Positions 20,447 through 30,748 of a DNA stretch of 64,000 nt are shown piece by piece. The notes below the pieces were generated by a model. That model ran no database searches. It was not told where the DNA came from and saw only the letters and a program-made list of their open reading frames with translations. Location of the stretch: positions 33,666 to 97,665 of IMG/VR virus record IMGVR_UViG_3300032285_003395; one strand, 5' to 3'. The DNA comes from a virus. The stretch's first letter is position 1; every line of letters begins with the position of its first letter. Made by a program: the position numbers and the translations under genes.

Positions 20447-21887
20447 AATGATTATTTGTATAAGATGCAAAAGTACTCAATTTATCTGTAAAAAACAAAT
20501 TTTTTCTATTATTATAATAATAAATTAATTCTTTTTTAACTTCATCTTTAAAATAATAATTAATTACATCCATAACAGTAAATACATGTCCTTCTAAGCA
20601 TTCTTTTATGTGATCTTGCACAAACTCAAAGATAGCAATAGAAAGTAAAATTTGATTAATAACTCTGTTAGAGTTAAAAGTATTTTCATGAATTCTAAAT
20701 TCTATAGTATTTCTACTAGAAAATAATAAATTCATAAAATTAAATACATAATACCTGTTTACTCTATCCCATTTATTTTTTAAAGGATGTTTCTTATTCT
20801 TTTTGTTAAAGTTTTTACAAGAAGCAATTCCATCTGTTAAAAATAAAAATATATTTTTGTTATTATAATTAACAAGATATTCAAATTCTTTTTTATCTAT
20901 CTTATTAAATGATATATTTTTACATAAAGGAGGTAAAGGTTTAGTATAATGTTTTCTTTTATTTAATACATTTTCTTTTTTATAATAAGGAAAATAACTA
21001 AAATAATCATGTTGAAAATAATATAAAAAATTATACAATGCATTGATAAAAACTTTATCATTTCTAATATTACCAATATGAACATGCAAACTACAGTTTA
21101 TATCAGTATTAACATTATTAGCATTTAAATTCATAAATTTTTTAATACTCTCAATACCTTTTAATCCTGACATAGGTACAGAAACATACTCTGCATTATC
21201 AATAGAACCATCTCTACAAATAGAAAATCCATATTTTTTTAAACTATGACGATATACAGAACCTTCAGAAGTTTCTAACTCTATACCAAAAGTATAATTT
21301 TTTAAATATTTTTTATATTTATAAGTAGTTTTTTCTATTTCAATATTAGATTTATTATATAAAAGAACAGATTCTTGATAATCTGAATTATCTTCTATAT
21401 TATAAGCTCTATGAGTTGCAATAGAAGATGAAGTTTCTTCTTTTATTTGTTCAATAAAACTTTCTTGATCTGTAATATTTCCAATATAATAAAATTTAGA
21501 ATTAGCTTTATTAAAAATAAAATCTGAATCATATAAAATTTCTTTAACATCTTTTATATAAACTATAGCTGTATCATATTGAAAAATTTTACCCTTATTA
21601 ATAAAAACAAGATCTTTGGTACATTTAAAATAAATTTGTTCCATCTTAGTAGGATCTTTAAGAAAGAATCCTAGTGTAAATGTTTTATTATTTTTATCAT
21701 AAGAAATTACACCAAAATCAAAACTATTATCTCTAATTAATTTACTAAAATGATAATGTTTATTTAAATCTTCTATAAAATATACATCAGGATGATTTAT
21801 ATGATAATAATTTTTTCTATAAATAATACATTCTTTTCTAGGTACTTCGTTACCAAGAATGTCAATAACTTTTTTATAAGTTTTCAT
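20433..21887 (-). CDS. Putative amidoligase (COOH-NH2 ligase, Amidoligase_2-like)
   Basis: TFGIELET, DGSI, EYVS, CSLHVHIG, RYxxxN, TIEFR. Confidence 0.85.
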   Translation of the reverse strand: MKTYKKVIDILGNEVPRKECIIYRKNYYHINHPDVYFIEDLNKHYHFSKLIRDNSFDFGVISYDKNNKTFTLGFFLKDPTKMEQIYFKCTKDLVFINKGKIFQYDTAIVYIKDVKEILYDSDFIFNKANSKFYYIGNITDQESFIEQIKEETSSSIATHRAYNIEDNSDYQESVLLYNKSNIEIEKTTYKYKKYLKNYTFGIELETSEGSVYRHSLKKYGFSICRDGSIDNAEYVSVPMSGLKGIESIKKFMNLNANNVNTDINCSLHVHIGNIRNDKVFINALYNFLYYFQHDYFSYFPYYKKENVLNKRKHYTKPLPPLCKNISFNKIDKKEFEYLVNYNNKNIFLFLTDGIASCKNFNKKNKKHPLKNKWDRVNRYYVFNFMNLLFSSRNTIEFRIHENTFNSNRVINQILLSIAIFEFVQDHIKECLEGHVFTVMDVINYYFKDEVKKELIYYYNNRKNLFFTDKLSTFASYTNNHYANT

Positions 21888-21897
21888 AATTTTATTT

Positions 21898-23598
21898 TTA
21901 ATAACCTCTTAAATATTCTTGTTCATTAAAATTATAACTTGAAAATTCGTCTTCATCTTCATCTTCAACAGGTTCATTGTGAGCAATATAAAATTCTAAT
22001 ACATGATTATTAATAGCTTCACAAAAAGAACCATATTCTTTAACCATATCATTCCAATAAACATTAAATAATACAGTAGAAAATTCTGTAAATTTAGAGT
22101 TAGCAACAACAGATGAAGTATCTATCATTAGATCAAACATTTCTAGTTTATATAAAGGATTTTGTTCTATAAAGTTTAATATAGTTTGTTTAGAAAGATT
22201 AGGTTGTAAAATAAATTTTAATAAATGATAACTAAAGAAATATTGTTCACAATAAAATTTTTCTATTACTTCTTTTTCATCTAAGAAATCTGTATCAATT
22301 TCTAAACTAGATTTACTAGGAATAGATAATAACATATTATTTCTATTACTATCTATTTCTTCTATTTTTACAATATTAAAACTTTCAAAAAACAAATGTT
22401 TGTTAATAAATATTTTAGGTAATGGAAAATAAACATTACTTTTTTTATTAATAGGTTTATACCAAGTGCTATTATATTTTATAGGAACCATACTAATACT
22501 TTCCAAATCATGGTTTGGAACTTCATAACTTAAAATATTATTAATATTAAATTCAAGATTTTTACTTAAAATTTTTGCTCTTATTAATTCTAAATTTACC
22601 CAAATACCTTTATTAAAAACATAAATATATTCTTCATCTAATATACTATCTAATGGTTTATTTATTAAATTAAATATAGTATTATCTTTATTAGATCTAT
22701 ATACACCATGTAATAATTTATTTTTAGATTTAGTTTTAAATAAACCTTTTTCAAATAAAATTTTAAATTTATCAGATTGATGTTCATCAAAACTATTTGT
22801 AGTATTAGAAAATAAATTATAATTACTATGTGTATAAAAAGAAGATTTACTAACAAAAACTTCATCTTGAAAACATTCAGTTCTATCTATTTCAACAGTA
22901 CTTATAACTTTATTATTTTTAAATTCAAAAATACAATTAGTATTAATATCAAATATATTTTTATTTTCTTCTGAAGTACAAATAAAATTTAAACCTTTTT
23001 TAACAGAAGATAAATATAAACCTTCATTAAGATAAACACCAAATAAAGGTCTTTCTTCAGTTAAAATGTTATTATTAGTTTTAGATTCACCTTTAAATAC
23101 TTTAAGAGTTTGACCTCCATTATCAGTCCATACTAAAGTTGCTTTACCTCTATATTCTTTTAAAACATCATAACCATATTTATAAATAATATTAGCTAAT
23201 AAAAAAGAATCTACTTTATCATTTGTATCAATATCTATAGGATATTTTTTAACTAAATCTTCTATATTATAAATAGTACCATTATGACAAAATACAAAGT
23301 TATCATCAATAATAAAAGGATGCAAATTTTCATCTGTTTTACTTCCTTTAGTAGCATATCTAGTATGGCTAATTACACAAGTAGCTTTAGTTGTTTTTTT
23401 AGTAAAGTGAAGGTTTGTATACAATTCTGAAAAATTAGCTTTAGTAGCATCTTTATAAGAATAATTACTTGGGGCAGGGTTAGCCCAAATGCCAACCCCA
23501 TGTCCTCCTCTAGAATCATTTGCAATACTTGCTAACTTTAACTTTAATATATTTGGATTTTTATAGTTATTGCCTATAAATGCAGTTATTCCACACAT
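21898..23598 (-). CDS. Class II (Ntn) glutamine amidotransferase domain protein
   Basis: N-terminal MCGI, RG, HTRYAT, NxHPF, HNGTI, DS. Confidence 0.9.
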   Translation of the reverse strand: MCGITAFIGNNYKNPNILKLKLASIANDSRGGHGVGIWANPAPSNYSYKDATKANFSELYTNLHFTKKTTKATCVISHTRYATKGSKTDENLHPFIIDDNFVFCHNGTIYNIEDLVKKYPIDIDTNDKVDSFLLANIIYKYGYDVLKEYRGKATLVWTDNGGQTLKVFKGESKTNNNILTEERPLFGVYLNEGLYLSSVKKGLNFICTSEENKNIFDINTNCIFEFKNNKVISTVEIDRTECFQDEVFVSKSSFYTHSNYNLFSNTTNSFDEHQSDKFKILFEKGLFKTKSKNKLLHGVYRSNKDNTIFNLINKPLDSILDEEYIYVFNKGIWVNLELIRAKILSKNLEFNINNILSYEVPNHDLESISMVPIKYNSTWYKPINKKSNVYFPLPKIFINKHLFFESFNIVKIEEIDSNRNNMLLSIPSKSSLEIDTDFLDEKEVIEKFYCEQYFFSYHLLKFILQPNLSKQTILNFIEQNPLYKLEMFDLMIDTSSVVANSKFTEFSTVLFNVYWNDMVKEYGSFCEAINNHVLEFYIAHNEPVEDEDEDEFSSYNFNEQEYLRGY

Positions 23599-23609
23599 AT
23601 ATTTTTTAT

Positions 23610-24005
23610 TTAGTTGTTAGTAATAGGTCTATAATCATTATAATCACCAGATGTAATAATTGTAGAACCTGAGTTTTCCATAAAATAAAGCCAAGCTTTT
23701 ATTACTTGACCCTTTAATTCAACATTAATTTCTTCTCTACAATACCATTCAGGATGTCCTTCTAGTCTATCTACTGATGGCAAATGTAAGTCTCTGTTAA
23801 TTTCCCAAACATCTACAACAATTTGTGTATCTGGAGTTTTATTAACAAAAGGAATACCACTAGCTCTCATTTGATATTTATCTACAGTTTTACCTGTACC
23901 TAACCATTTAGTCTGACCAGGAATATCTACAAGTCTAGAATTACCATAACCTTTACGTAAAGTGCCATAGCTTGCAATTAAAATATTATTTTTTATCATC
24001 TTCAC
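23610..24005 (-). CDS. Gamma-glutamylcyclotransferase (AIG2/GGCT-like)
   Basis: YGTLRKG, DRLEGHPxxY, AWxY. Confidence 0.9.
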   Translation of the reverse strand: MKMIKNNILIASYGTLRKGYGNSRLVDIPGQTKWLGTGKTVDKYQMRASGIPFVNKTPDTQIVVDVWEINRDLHLPSVDRLEGHPEWYCREEINVELKGQVIKAWLYFMENSGSTIITSGDYNDYRPITNN

Positions 24006-24097
24006 TTAATGTTTTTAAATCTTTAATAATTTCTTTTATTTCATGTATTTCAAAAGAACCTAGCCTATCAGACCATAATAATAATTCTGTTAATCTT

Positions 24098-25048
24098 TTA
24101 ATTATCTCTATCATTTTGATTAATTATATTAATGTCTGAATCTAATTGAAAGTTTTTCCAAGCTAATGATTTAGAATTTTTAAATTTTTTAAAATCCCAA
24201 TGTTCTAACTTACTTGTTTTAGTATGTCTATGAATATAATCAAATAGTTTAGCATATCTTTGAACAGTATAATCATTAGATATTAAAGTTGGACTAGAAT
24301 TAATTTCTAATACATAATATTTATCTTCAAATCTAATAATATCTACTGCACCAAAATCAGCTCCAACTGCTTCCATTGCTTTTAAAGCTGTTATACACAT
24401 ATCATAATTATATTCAGACCAAGGAATATAAATAAATGGATCTCCATTTAAAGATCTATTCCAAGCTTTTTGACTAGGATTACTAGGCTTTGGTTTTTCT
24501 AATACAGAAATTACTTTACCTAAACCACAATGTACTCTAAACTCTGCATCTTTTTCTAAATAAGGTGCAAAATAAAAATTAGTCATTTCATTTAAATCTA
24601 AAAAATGATTTAATTCATTACTATTATTTAGTACAATAAAATTTCTACCTTTTGCGTGTTGCAAAGGTCTACAAATTATAGGATATTCTAAATTAGAATC
24701 TTCAGAAATTTTTTCATAGGTATAATAGGGAGTTAATATATTATTATTTTTTAATATTTGTCTAGTTAATCCTTTGTTATTAATTTTTTCTAGAGCTTTA
24801 ATATTATTATAAACAATACTATTATTATTAACTGGTAAAGGTATTCTATTACCCCATCTAATAATTACATTTTCATTAAAAGGAGCATTAATAGATTTTT
24901 TAATAAAATAATCAGAAACATTATAATTAAATGATCTAAACCATTCTTTATTTTTAATTTTTCTTCTGATTCTTAATTCACAATTAAATTTCATGTGTTG
25001 ATAGACAGCTTTCATTGAAGGTCTACCATCTTTACCTACTAGTATCAT
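24098..25048 (-). CDS. ATP-grasp amide ligase (RimK/YheC-like)
   Basis: IRWG, NK, EFRVH, DFGAVD, LEINSSP. Confidence 0.85.
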   Translation of the reverse strand: MILVGKDGRPSMKAVYQHMKFNCELRIRRKIKNKEWFRSFNYNVSDYFIKKSINAPFNENVIIRWGNRIPLPVNNNSIVYNNIKALEKINNKGLTRQILKNNNILTPYYTYEKISEDSNLEYPIICRPLQHAKGRNFIVLNNSNELNHFLDLNEMTNFYFAPYLEKDAEFRVHCGLGKVISVLEKPKPSNPSQKAWNRSLNGDPFIYIPWSEYNYDMCITALKAMEAVGADFGAVDIIRFEDKYYVLEINSSPTLISNDYTVQRYAKLFDYIHRHTKTSKLEHWDFKKFKNSKSLAWKNFQLDSDINIINQNDRDN

Positions 25049-25371
25049 ATTTTTTTAGGATTTTTTAAGTTATGTAATTTTAAAACATACATATCTAATG
25101 TTTGTTTTTTGCCATCTATGTTAGAAACTTCTCTTCTATTAAATTCTAGTGTTTTTCTAAAACCTAGTTTTTTAAGATTTCTTCTTAAAGTAATTTCTTC
25201 TTTTTTGACTATACATTGAATAGTAGTTTCACCTCTTCCATAACCATGCCAATTAATTTGATCTAGTTGATTATATTTTTTTAAAAGTTTTTTATACATT
25301 ATATCAACGTTATCATAATTTTTAGCTTGTAAAAATAATAATGCACAACAAGGTGTTCTCTTTATGGTCAT
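25045..25371 (-). CDS. Hypothetical protein inside the ligase cluster
   Basis: Overlaps both neighbours; LKKLGF recalls the GNAT C-terminus (weak). Confidence 0.5.
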   Translation of the reverse strand: MTIKRTPCCALLFLQAKNYDNVDIMYKKLLKKYNQLDQINWHGYGRGETTIQCIVKKEEITLRRNLKKLGFRKTLEFNRREVSNIDGKKQTLDMYVLKLHNLKNPKKI

Positions 25372-26114
25372 AATAAATTATATTTTTTAATTAATAATTC
25401 TGCTTTACTTTTATCATTATTTTTTATAATATTTTTAATATTATATTTTTCATGATCTTTAAAGTTAGATTCTAATAAATTTAAAGCTAGTTCTGAATTA
25501 TTCCAAACAAAATCTAAATATCTTTCTTGTTGAAACCAAGAACTTAATACTCTATATTCTACCCATTTATTATTATCTCTATAAGAACCTGCATTACCAT
25601 ATAATTTTTTACGATCATTATCAGGCTCTAGTAATAAACTTGGAATAGCTAAAGTAAAATCTAGTAATTTAACTAAATCTTTTTGAAGATTATGTTTTAC
25701 ATCTATATGAAGATGAAATCCTGCAGACCTACCTTTAAACTTCATAGGATTAACTTTTACTACATTATATTTACCTGTATAAGCATTTAAATCTGGTTCA
25801 CAACCAAATGTAATACTTTCTACAGTATATAATTCTTCTTCATCTACTTCATAAAAAGGAAATGGAGATAATTGTAAATCACTTTCTAATAAAGATTTTA
25901 AATAATCTTGACTTTCCAAGATTTGTTTTTTAAATACTTTTTTATTGTCTGTAATTGGAGTATTATATTCCATCATAATACAGTCTAAAGAAGTTAAAAA
26001 TCCTCCTTCTTTCCATTGGTAAGGAAAAGTTTTAGTACCTTCTACAATACCACAAGCATTAATTGCTTTGTTATTTCTTGTAACAAAAATTTCTATATCT
26101 GTTCCTAAAATCAT
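25368..26114 (-). CDS. phiEco32-like COOH-NH2 ligase type 2
   Basis: LGTDIE, GTK, EYN, FGCEPDxNAY, RSAGFHLH, RKKLYGNAGSYR, VEYRVLS. Confidence 0.9.
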   Translation of the reverse strand: MILGTDIEIFVTRNNKAINACGIVEGTKTFPYQWKEGGFLTSLDCIMMEYNTPITDNKKVFKKQILESQDYLKSLLESDLQLSPFPFYEVDEEELYTVESITFGCEPDLNAYTGKYNVVKVNPMKFKGRSAGFHLHIDVKHNLQKDLVKLLDFTLAIPSLLLEPDNDRKKLYGNAGSYRDNNKWVEYRVLSSWFQQERYLDFVWNNSELALNLLESNFKDHEKYNIKNIIKNNDKSKAELLIKKYNLL

Positions 26115-26830
26115 AATTCATTTTCTTTTTTTAATTTAACATAACATTCATAACCTTCTTTAAATAATCCACTTTTAAATAAAGTAAATATTTTTTCTTT
26201 TATTTCTAAATTTTCAACATAAACATTATAATCTTCATGAGGATAAAAATAATCATTAAAAACAAATCTATTGTCAGTAATTAATGGTCTTATGAATTTA
26301 ATAATTATTTTAGGATCTCCTACAGTAAATTTATCATCATATACTGAACTTTTAAATCCATTATGTATACCATAATATGCAACATGAGGAAATGTAAAAG
26401 GTGCTAAATATAAAATTTCTTCTATACTATCTGTATATTTTTGTAATTCCATAATAGCTATTGGAAATATATAATAGTATTTAATTATTAATAATCTAAC
26501 TAATACCATAGCTCTATATACACTAGAAGAAGATGAAGGTTCTTTTAATTTATCAATTTTAATAACAAAAGTTATTTCATTTTTTATTATCTTATATTCA
26601 ATAATAGTATTGGTAGCTTTTTGTACAAAATTTATATAATTAGTTAAAAACTCATTATTTTTAATATAAATTAAGTTAGCATTATATAAAGATGTTGTAA
26701 AAACAAAATAATTTTTACTTTTTGAAGACATTAAACAAGTTCCTTTAATAAATTTAGAAAATAAAGAATAAGAATATTCACTTTTTATATGTCTATTATA
26801 AGATTTTCTTAAATCTGTAACATTTACCAT
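26111..26830 (-). CDS. Hypothetical protein
   Basis: ORF coupled to the ligase. Confidence 0.55.
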   Translation of the reverse strand: MVNVTDLRKSYNRHIKSEYSYSLFSKFIKGTCLMSSKSKNYFVFTTSLYNANLIYIKNNEFLTNYINFVQKATNTIIEYKIIKNEITFVIKIDKLKEPSSSSSVYRAMVLVRLLIIKYYYIFPIAIMELQKYTDSIEEILYLAPFTFPHVAYYGIHNGFKSSVYDDKFTVGDPKIIIKFIRPLITDNRFVFNDYFYPHEDYNVYVENLEIKEKIFTLFKSGLFKEGYECYVKLKKENEL

Positions 26831-26840
26831 ATTAATTTAT

Positions 26841-27212
26841 TTATTTATTTAAAAATATAAAAGCTTTACCATACTTAGTTTGTAACTGATGTATATCACT
26901 TTTTGAATGAACATAAAAACAATTCATACCATAATAAGATATTAAAAAAGACATTATAGATTTATCTATAATATATAAATTTAACTTTAAATTAAACTTA
27001 GCTTCTTTATTAATTTCTTTTTTAACTATTATATTGTTACTAAATAATTCTTGATATACATTATAGTGTTCAAAATTTTCATCAATTTCTATAGTATCAA
27101 TAAATTTAGAAGTAGAAAATAAAAAGTTTAATGGTGTTTTATTTAAATTGTCATATATTGCTACCAAAAATTTACTTTTAGGTATTTTTAAAATTTTGAC
27201 TTGTTTTTTCAT
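26841..27212 (-). CDS. Hypothetical protein
   Basis: ORF. Confidence 0.5.
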   Translation of the reverse strand: MKKQVKILKIPKSKFLVAIYDNLNKTPLNFLFSTSKFIDTIEIDENFEHYNVYQELFSNNIIVKKEINKEAKFNLKLNLYIIDKSIMSFLISYYGMNCFYVHSKSDIHQLQTKYGKAFIFLNK

Positions 27213-27214
27213 AA

Positions 27215-28255
27215 TTATAAATTTATAATCTTTATTTGTTTAAAATTCTCCATGCCATTTAATACCCATTTTTCTTCTATTGTATCTTTTGCTACAATAA
27301 AATAAATTTTTGATAAATCATTTATAGTTAATCTTAAAAATCTACCTATTAATTGATGTTTTGAAGATGTTGAACTATCAATACCTAAAACAAATCCACA
27401 TTTTAAATTTGGAATACTAACAGATTCTTTTAAAATACCAACATTAACTAACTTACCATCAATTGAATTATAAAAATTATCATAGATTAAATCTTTTTTA
27501 TCTTTAGTTAAAGAAGAGTTAAATACAGGTAAATCAAATAATTTACTTTGTTCAATAGAACCTGCATAAATTAATATTTTATGATCTTTTAAATTTTTAT
27601 TTATTAGATTATTAGTTATATCAACTTTACTAGATAAATTATTTAAAAATATTTTTAATCTATTTAATTCTGGGCAATAATGTTTTACCATTGGAGCATT
27701 AAAATATCTTTTATAATAATAATCATATAATGCTTTTTCATCATCTGGTAAATTATATTTTAAAATATACATTTCAAAATTATTTAACATTTTTTCTTCA
27801 ATAGCATCTTGCATTAAATATTTATAAGAGATGGGTAAAATACTGTAAATAGGATGATTAGAAAGAGGTGTTCCTGTTAAACCAATAATTTCTATTTTTG
27901 GATTAATTTTTATTAGTTTTAATAACTCAGTATACACTCTGTCTGTCTCCTTATGAGCTTCATCATAAATAACTAAATCATAATGTTTAATATAATTATG
28001 TAATGATTTATTACAAATCATATCAATATTATTATCACTACAATTCCATTTATTTAATTCTGACCTGAAGTTTCTTGAATAAACTTCTCTAGCACCTGTA
28101 AATAAAATTTTAGCTGAGGGATTTAACTCCCTCAAACTAAAAATTCTATCTATTGCTATTTTGGTTTTGCCCATACCTACTGATAATCCAATAATAGATT
28201 TACAGTTATGCTCAATATGAGCTTTAATTGCTTCAGATTGTATTTTACTTTTCAT
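27215..28255 (-). CDS. Superfamily 2 DExH helicase
   Basis: VGMGKT, DEAH, GLTGTP, QxxGRxxR. Confidence 0.85.
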   Translation of the reverse strand: MKSKIQSEAIKAHIEHNCKSIIGLSVGMGKTKIAIDRIFSLRELNPSAKILFTGAREVYSRNFRSELNKWNCSDNNIDMICNKSLHNYIKHYDLVIYDEAHKETDRVYTELLKLIKINPKIEIIGLTGTPLSNHPIYSILPISYKYLMQDAIEEKMLNNFEMYILKYNLPDDEKALYDYYYKRYFNAPMVKHYCPELNRLKIFLNNLSSKVDITNNLINKNLKDHKILIYAGSIEQSKLFDLPVFNSSLTKDKKDLIYDNFYNSIDGKLVNVGILKESVSIPNLKCGFVLGIDSSTSSKHQLIGRFLRLTINDLSKIYFIVAKDTIEEKWVLNGMENFKQIKIINL

Positions 28256-28487
28256 TAGAAATAAAATAATTACAATCTTGTTCTGGAGTACTTGTTAAAT
28301 TTCCACAAAAAGGTACATATAATGTATCTTGAAGTGGTGCATCTTTTTCTAGTAAATAAGCTATTAGTCTTTTACACTTACTAGCTGCAGGACATTCTAC
28401 ACAAGTACATCTTGAAATAGTATTAAATAGTATTGAAGAGATTACTTCTCCTTCACCTCCCTCAGGACATTTGTCAATTGTTTTCAT
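28245..28487 (-). CDS. Small Cys-rich protein
   Basis: C..CP...C.R...C pattern. Confidence 0.5.
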   Translation of the reverse strand: MKTIDKCPEGGEGEVISSILFNTISRCTCVECPAASKCKRLIAYLLEKDAPLQDTLYVPFCGNLTSTPEQDCNYFISNEK

Positions 28488-28779
28488 TTTCTATAACTTT
28501 TAAAATTAATGATCTGTGAACAAATTTTAATTGATTAAATAATACACTTAAAGGCATCTCTTCAAACTCTAAATTAAGTTCTAATAGTTTAACTAAAGAA
28601 TAAGCTTGACTTAATTTTTTTGTTAAAATAAATGTATCAAATAATTTAGGTGGAGTTTGATTTGATAAAATTAAAATATGAGCATTATTGTTTTCATATT
28701 TTAATAATTCAGCATCAGATTTAATCTCTATAATATTTAATTTATTTGCATTAAAGTATAGTTCTACTAAAAAATACAT
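28474..28779 (-). CDS. Hypothetical protein
   Basis: ORF. Confidence 0.5.
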   Translation of the reverse strand: MYFLVELYFNANKLNIIEIKSDAELLKYENNNAHILILSNQTPPKLFDTFILTKKLSQAYSLVKLLELNLEFEEMPLSVLFNQLKFVHRSLILKVIENENN

Positions 28780-28781
28780 AA

Positions 28782-29000
28782 TTATAGTTTTAAACCTAGA
28801 TTAACTATTCCATAAACTGCTAAAAATTTTATATCATTATTAGAAATATTTCTAAAATGTTTTTTAGGTGCAGGTGTTGGTATTTCTGTAATTTGTAATT
28901 CACATCTAGCTTTTACATAGTTAATTTTACGAGTATCAGCATAACTTAGTATTTCTTTTGGGGTAATGTCTTTGTTTAATTTTTTTGAAAAGTAATTCAT
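28782..29000 (-). CDS. Hypothetical protein
   Basis: ORF. Confidence 0.5.
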   Translation of the reverse strand: MNYFSKKLNKDITPKEILSYADTRKINYVKARCELQITEIPTPAPKKHFRNISNNDIKFLAVYGIVNLGLKL

Positions 29001-29038
29001 GTTAATTAATTTTAATTGTTAGTAATAATTTTTAATAA

Positions 29039-29308
29039 TTAGTTTTCTGATAAACAAACAAAATGTTTTTTATGGATTGTGTTAAACAATAAAATACATT
29101 TGTCTTTAGGTTTTACCATAGATGTTAAAGCATCATATAATACTTTTGCATAAATTTTAGATTCTTTACTAGAGGAAAATAAATAGTTAATTTTACCACC
29201 AGGATTTTGTATAACTCCTGTACTAAATACTATCCATTCTTCACCAGTCAAAGTTTCTTTTTCTGTTAAGGTAAACAAATCTTTACCTATTTCTTCAATA
29301 ACATACAT
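29039..29308 (-). CDS. Hypothetical protein
   Basis: Start moved to the ATG at 29308 to avoid overlap. Confidence 0.45.
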   Translation of the reverse strand: MYVIEEIGKDLFTLTEKETLTGEEWIVFSTGVIQNPGGKINYLFSSSKESKIYAKVLYDALTSMVKPKDKCILLFNTIHKKHFVCLSEN

Positions 29309-29330
29309 AGTTAAATGGTTTAAGTTAAAA

Positions 29331-29966
29331 TTATTTATAATAAGGTAATGTGTAATTAATAACTCCTCCACAATATTCTTCATGGACTTTTTTCCAGTCA
29401 TGGTATTTATCAAATAAATAATCTAAATAAATACACATTACTTTGACTTGTTTATCTTCGTGGTTTCTACCAGAAGTATTTAGTCCACCTCTTTTACACA
29501 TATTATTCCAGGTTAAATCTATAAATTGAAACATACCTTTTGCAGAAGAGTTATTATTTTGTACTGTAGTTTTAAAGTTTGATTCTTTAAATGCAATATA
29601 CCATACTAAGTTAGCAGGAACATGATGTAATTCAATTACATGTTTATATTTAAAATATAAATAATGTAATCTTTTTTCTTGATCTTGAGTTAGTGTGATA
29701 GGTAAAGATTTTCTAAAGTCTGAGTATTCAGTAGCACTATTTTGAGATTTAGTTTCTAAATAAAAAACATTAGTTTTTAACGTAGAGATTTCTTTTAGTT
29801 GTGAGTCAATGATATTATCTTGTTGTTGAGCATCTAATTTGTAATGGGTTATTAATATAATAATTAATATAATAGATCCTATAGTAGCTCTAAAAAATAA
29901 ATTATATTTTTCTTGCTTTACTATATCTAATTCCCATTCTAATTTTTCATGATTAAAAGTATACAT
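29331..29966 (-). CDS. Membrane-anchored lytic transglycosylase (SLT domain)
   Basis: TM helix, coiled coil, then IAFKESNF...SSAKGMFQF...TW. Confidence 0.8.
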   Translation of the reverse strand: MYTFNHEKLEWELDIVKQEKYNLFFRATIGSIILIIILITHYKLDAQQQDNIIDSQLKEISTLKTNVFYLETKSQNSATEYSDFRKSLPITLTQDQEKRLHYLYFKYKHVIELHHVPANLVWYIAFKESNFKTTVQNNNSSAKGMFQFIDLTWNNMCKRGGLNTSGRNHEDKQVKVMCIYLDYLFDKYHDWKKVHEEYCGGVINYTLPYYK

Positions 29967-29970
29967 AACT

Positions 29971-30414
29971 TTATTTTTTATTTTTTACAATTTCAATTAA
30001 TTTTTTAAGACATTCAAATTCTGCTTCTTCATAGGATTTATAAACTTGATACCCTATAGGTGGTAATTCATCATTCAACACTATAAAATTTTCTTGATTA
30101 ATTTTATTACCATTAATCCCTCTAAAATGAACATAATATCCATTATAAAATTCTGAACTTCTACTTATCCAATCAATACTGTAGGATATATTATACTTCT
30201 TTCTAAACCATCTAAATGCTTGTTGGTAGAGTGGAGAAATAACAAAATTTTTATTAGTTACAATAGTTCCAATTTCATTTCTCCCTTCAATAGTAAAAAT
30301 CAATTTATTATTTTCAAATCTATCGTAAAATGCAAAACAAGGTTCATCAAATCCAATTAACTTCATATCAAGAGCTATTTGATATGGTACAAAATTATTT
30401 TCTATACTACTCAT
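29971..30414 (-). CDS. Conserved phage hypothetical protein
   Basis: FVPY..A..K.IGFDEPC...P.YQQAFRWFR...YEEAE..CLKKLIEI. Confidence 0.65.
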   Translation of the reverse strand: MSSIENNFVPYQIALDMKLIGFDEPCFAFYDRFENNKLIFTIEGRNEIGTIVTNKNFVISPLYQQAFRWFRKKYNISYSIDWISRSSEFYNGYYVHFRGINGNKINQENFIVLNDELPPIGYQVYKSYEEAEFECLKKLIEIVKNKK

Positions 30415-30620
30415 ATTTATTTATTTTTATTAATTAATAATTAATTTAAACTGTCTATAGCTTACTCATAGTTTCTCAAGCTATTTTTAGCTATAGTTAC
30501 AGTAATAGAACTCCAATTAAGCTATTAAGATTATTACAAAGGGTTGAGATTCCCATACTTATGCAATAACTCAATTACTTCTTAATGCACTAGTGCAATT
30601 ACTATTATGTGTCTAGCTCG

Positions 30621-30745
30621 TAGTCAGGACAGGATTCGAACCTGTATTATTCTAGCTATCAATATTATATAAGGGTACTTGCTTTTTCCCAAGAGATACC
30701 AGACCTCTGTCTCTTATATAGCGTCTACCATTCCGCCGCCTGACT
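30621..30745 (-). ncRNA. tRNA-like RNA 1: Leu-type D arm, T arm and acceptor stem; anticodon arm replaced by a branched insert
   Basis: AGTCAGG/CCTGACT acceptor, GGCGGAATGGTAGACGC, ACAGGTTCGAATCCTGT; about 75-nt central region with no 7-nt anticodon loop. Confidence 0.7.
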
Positions 30746-30748
30746 ATT

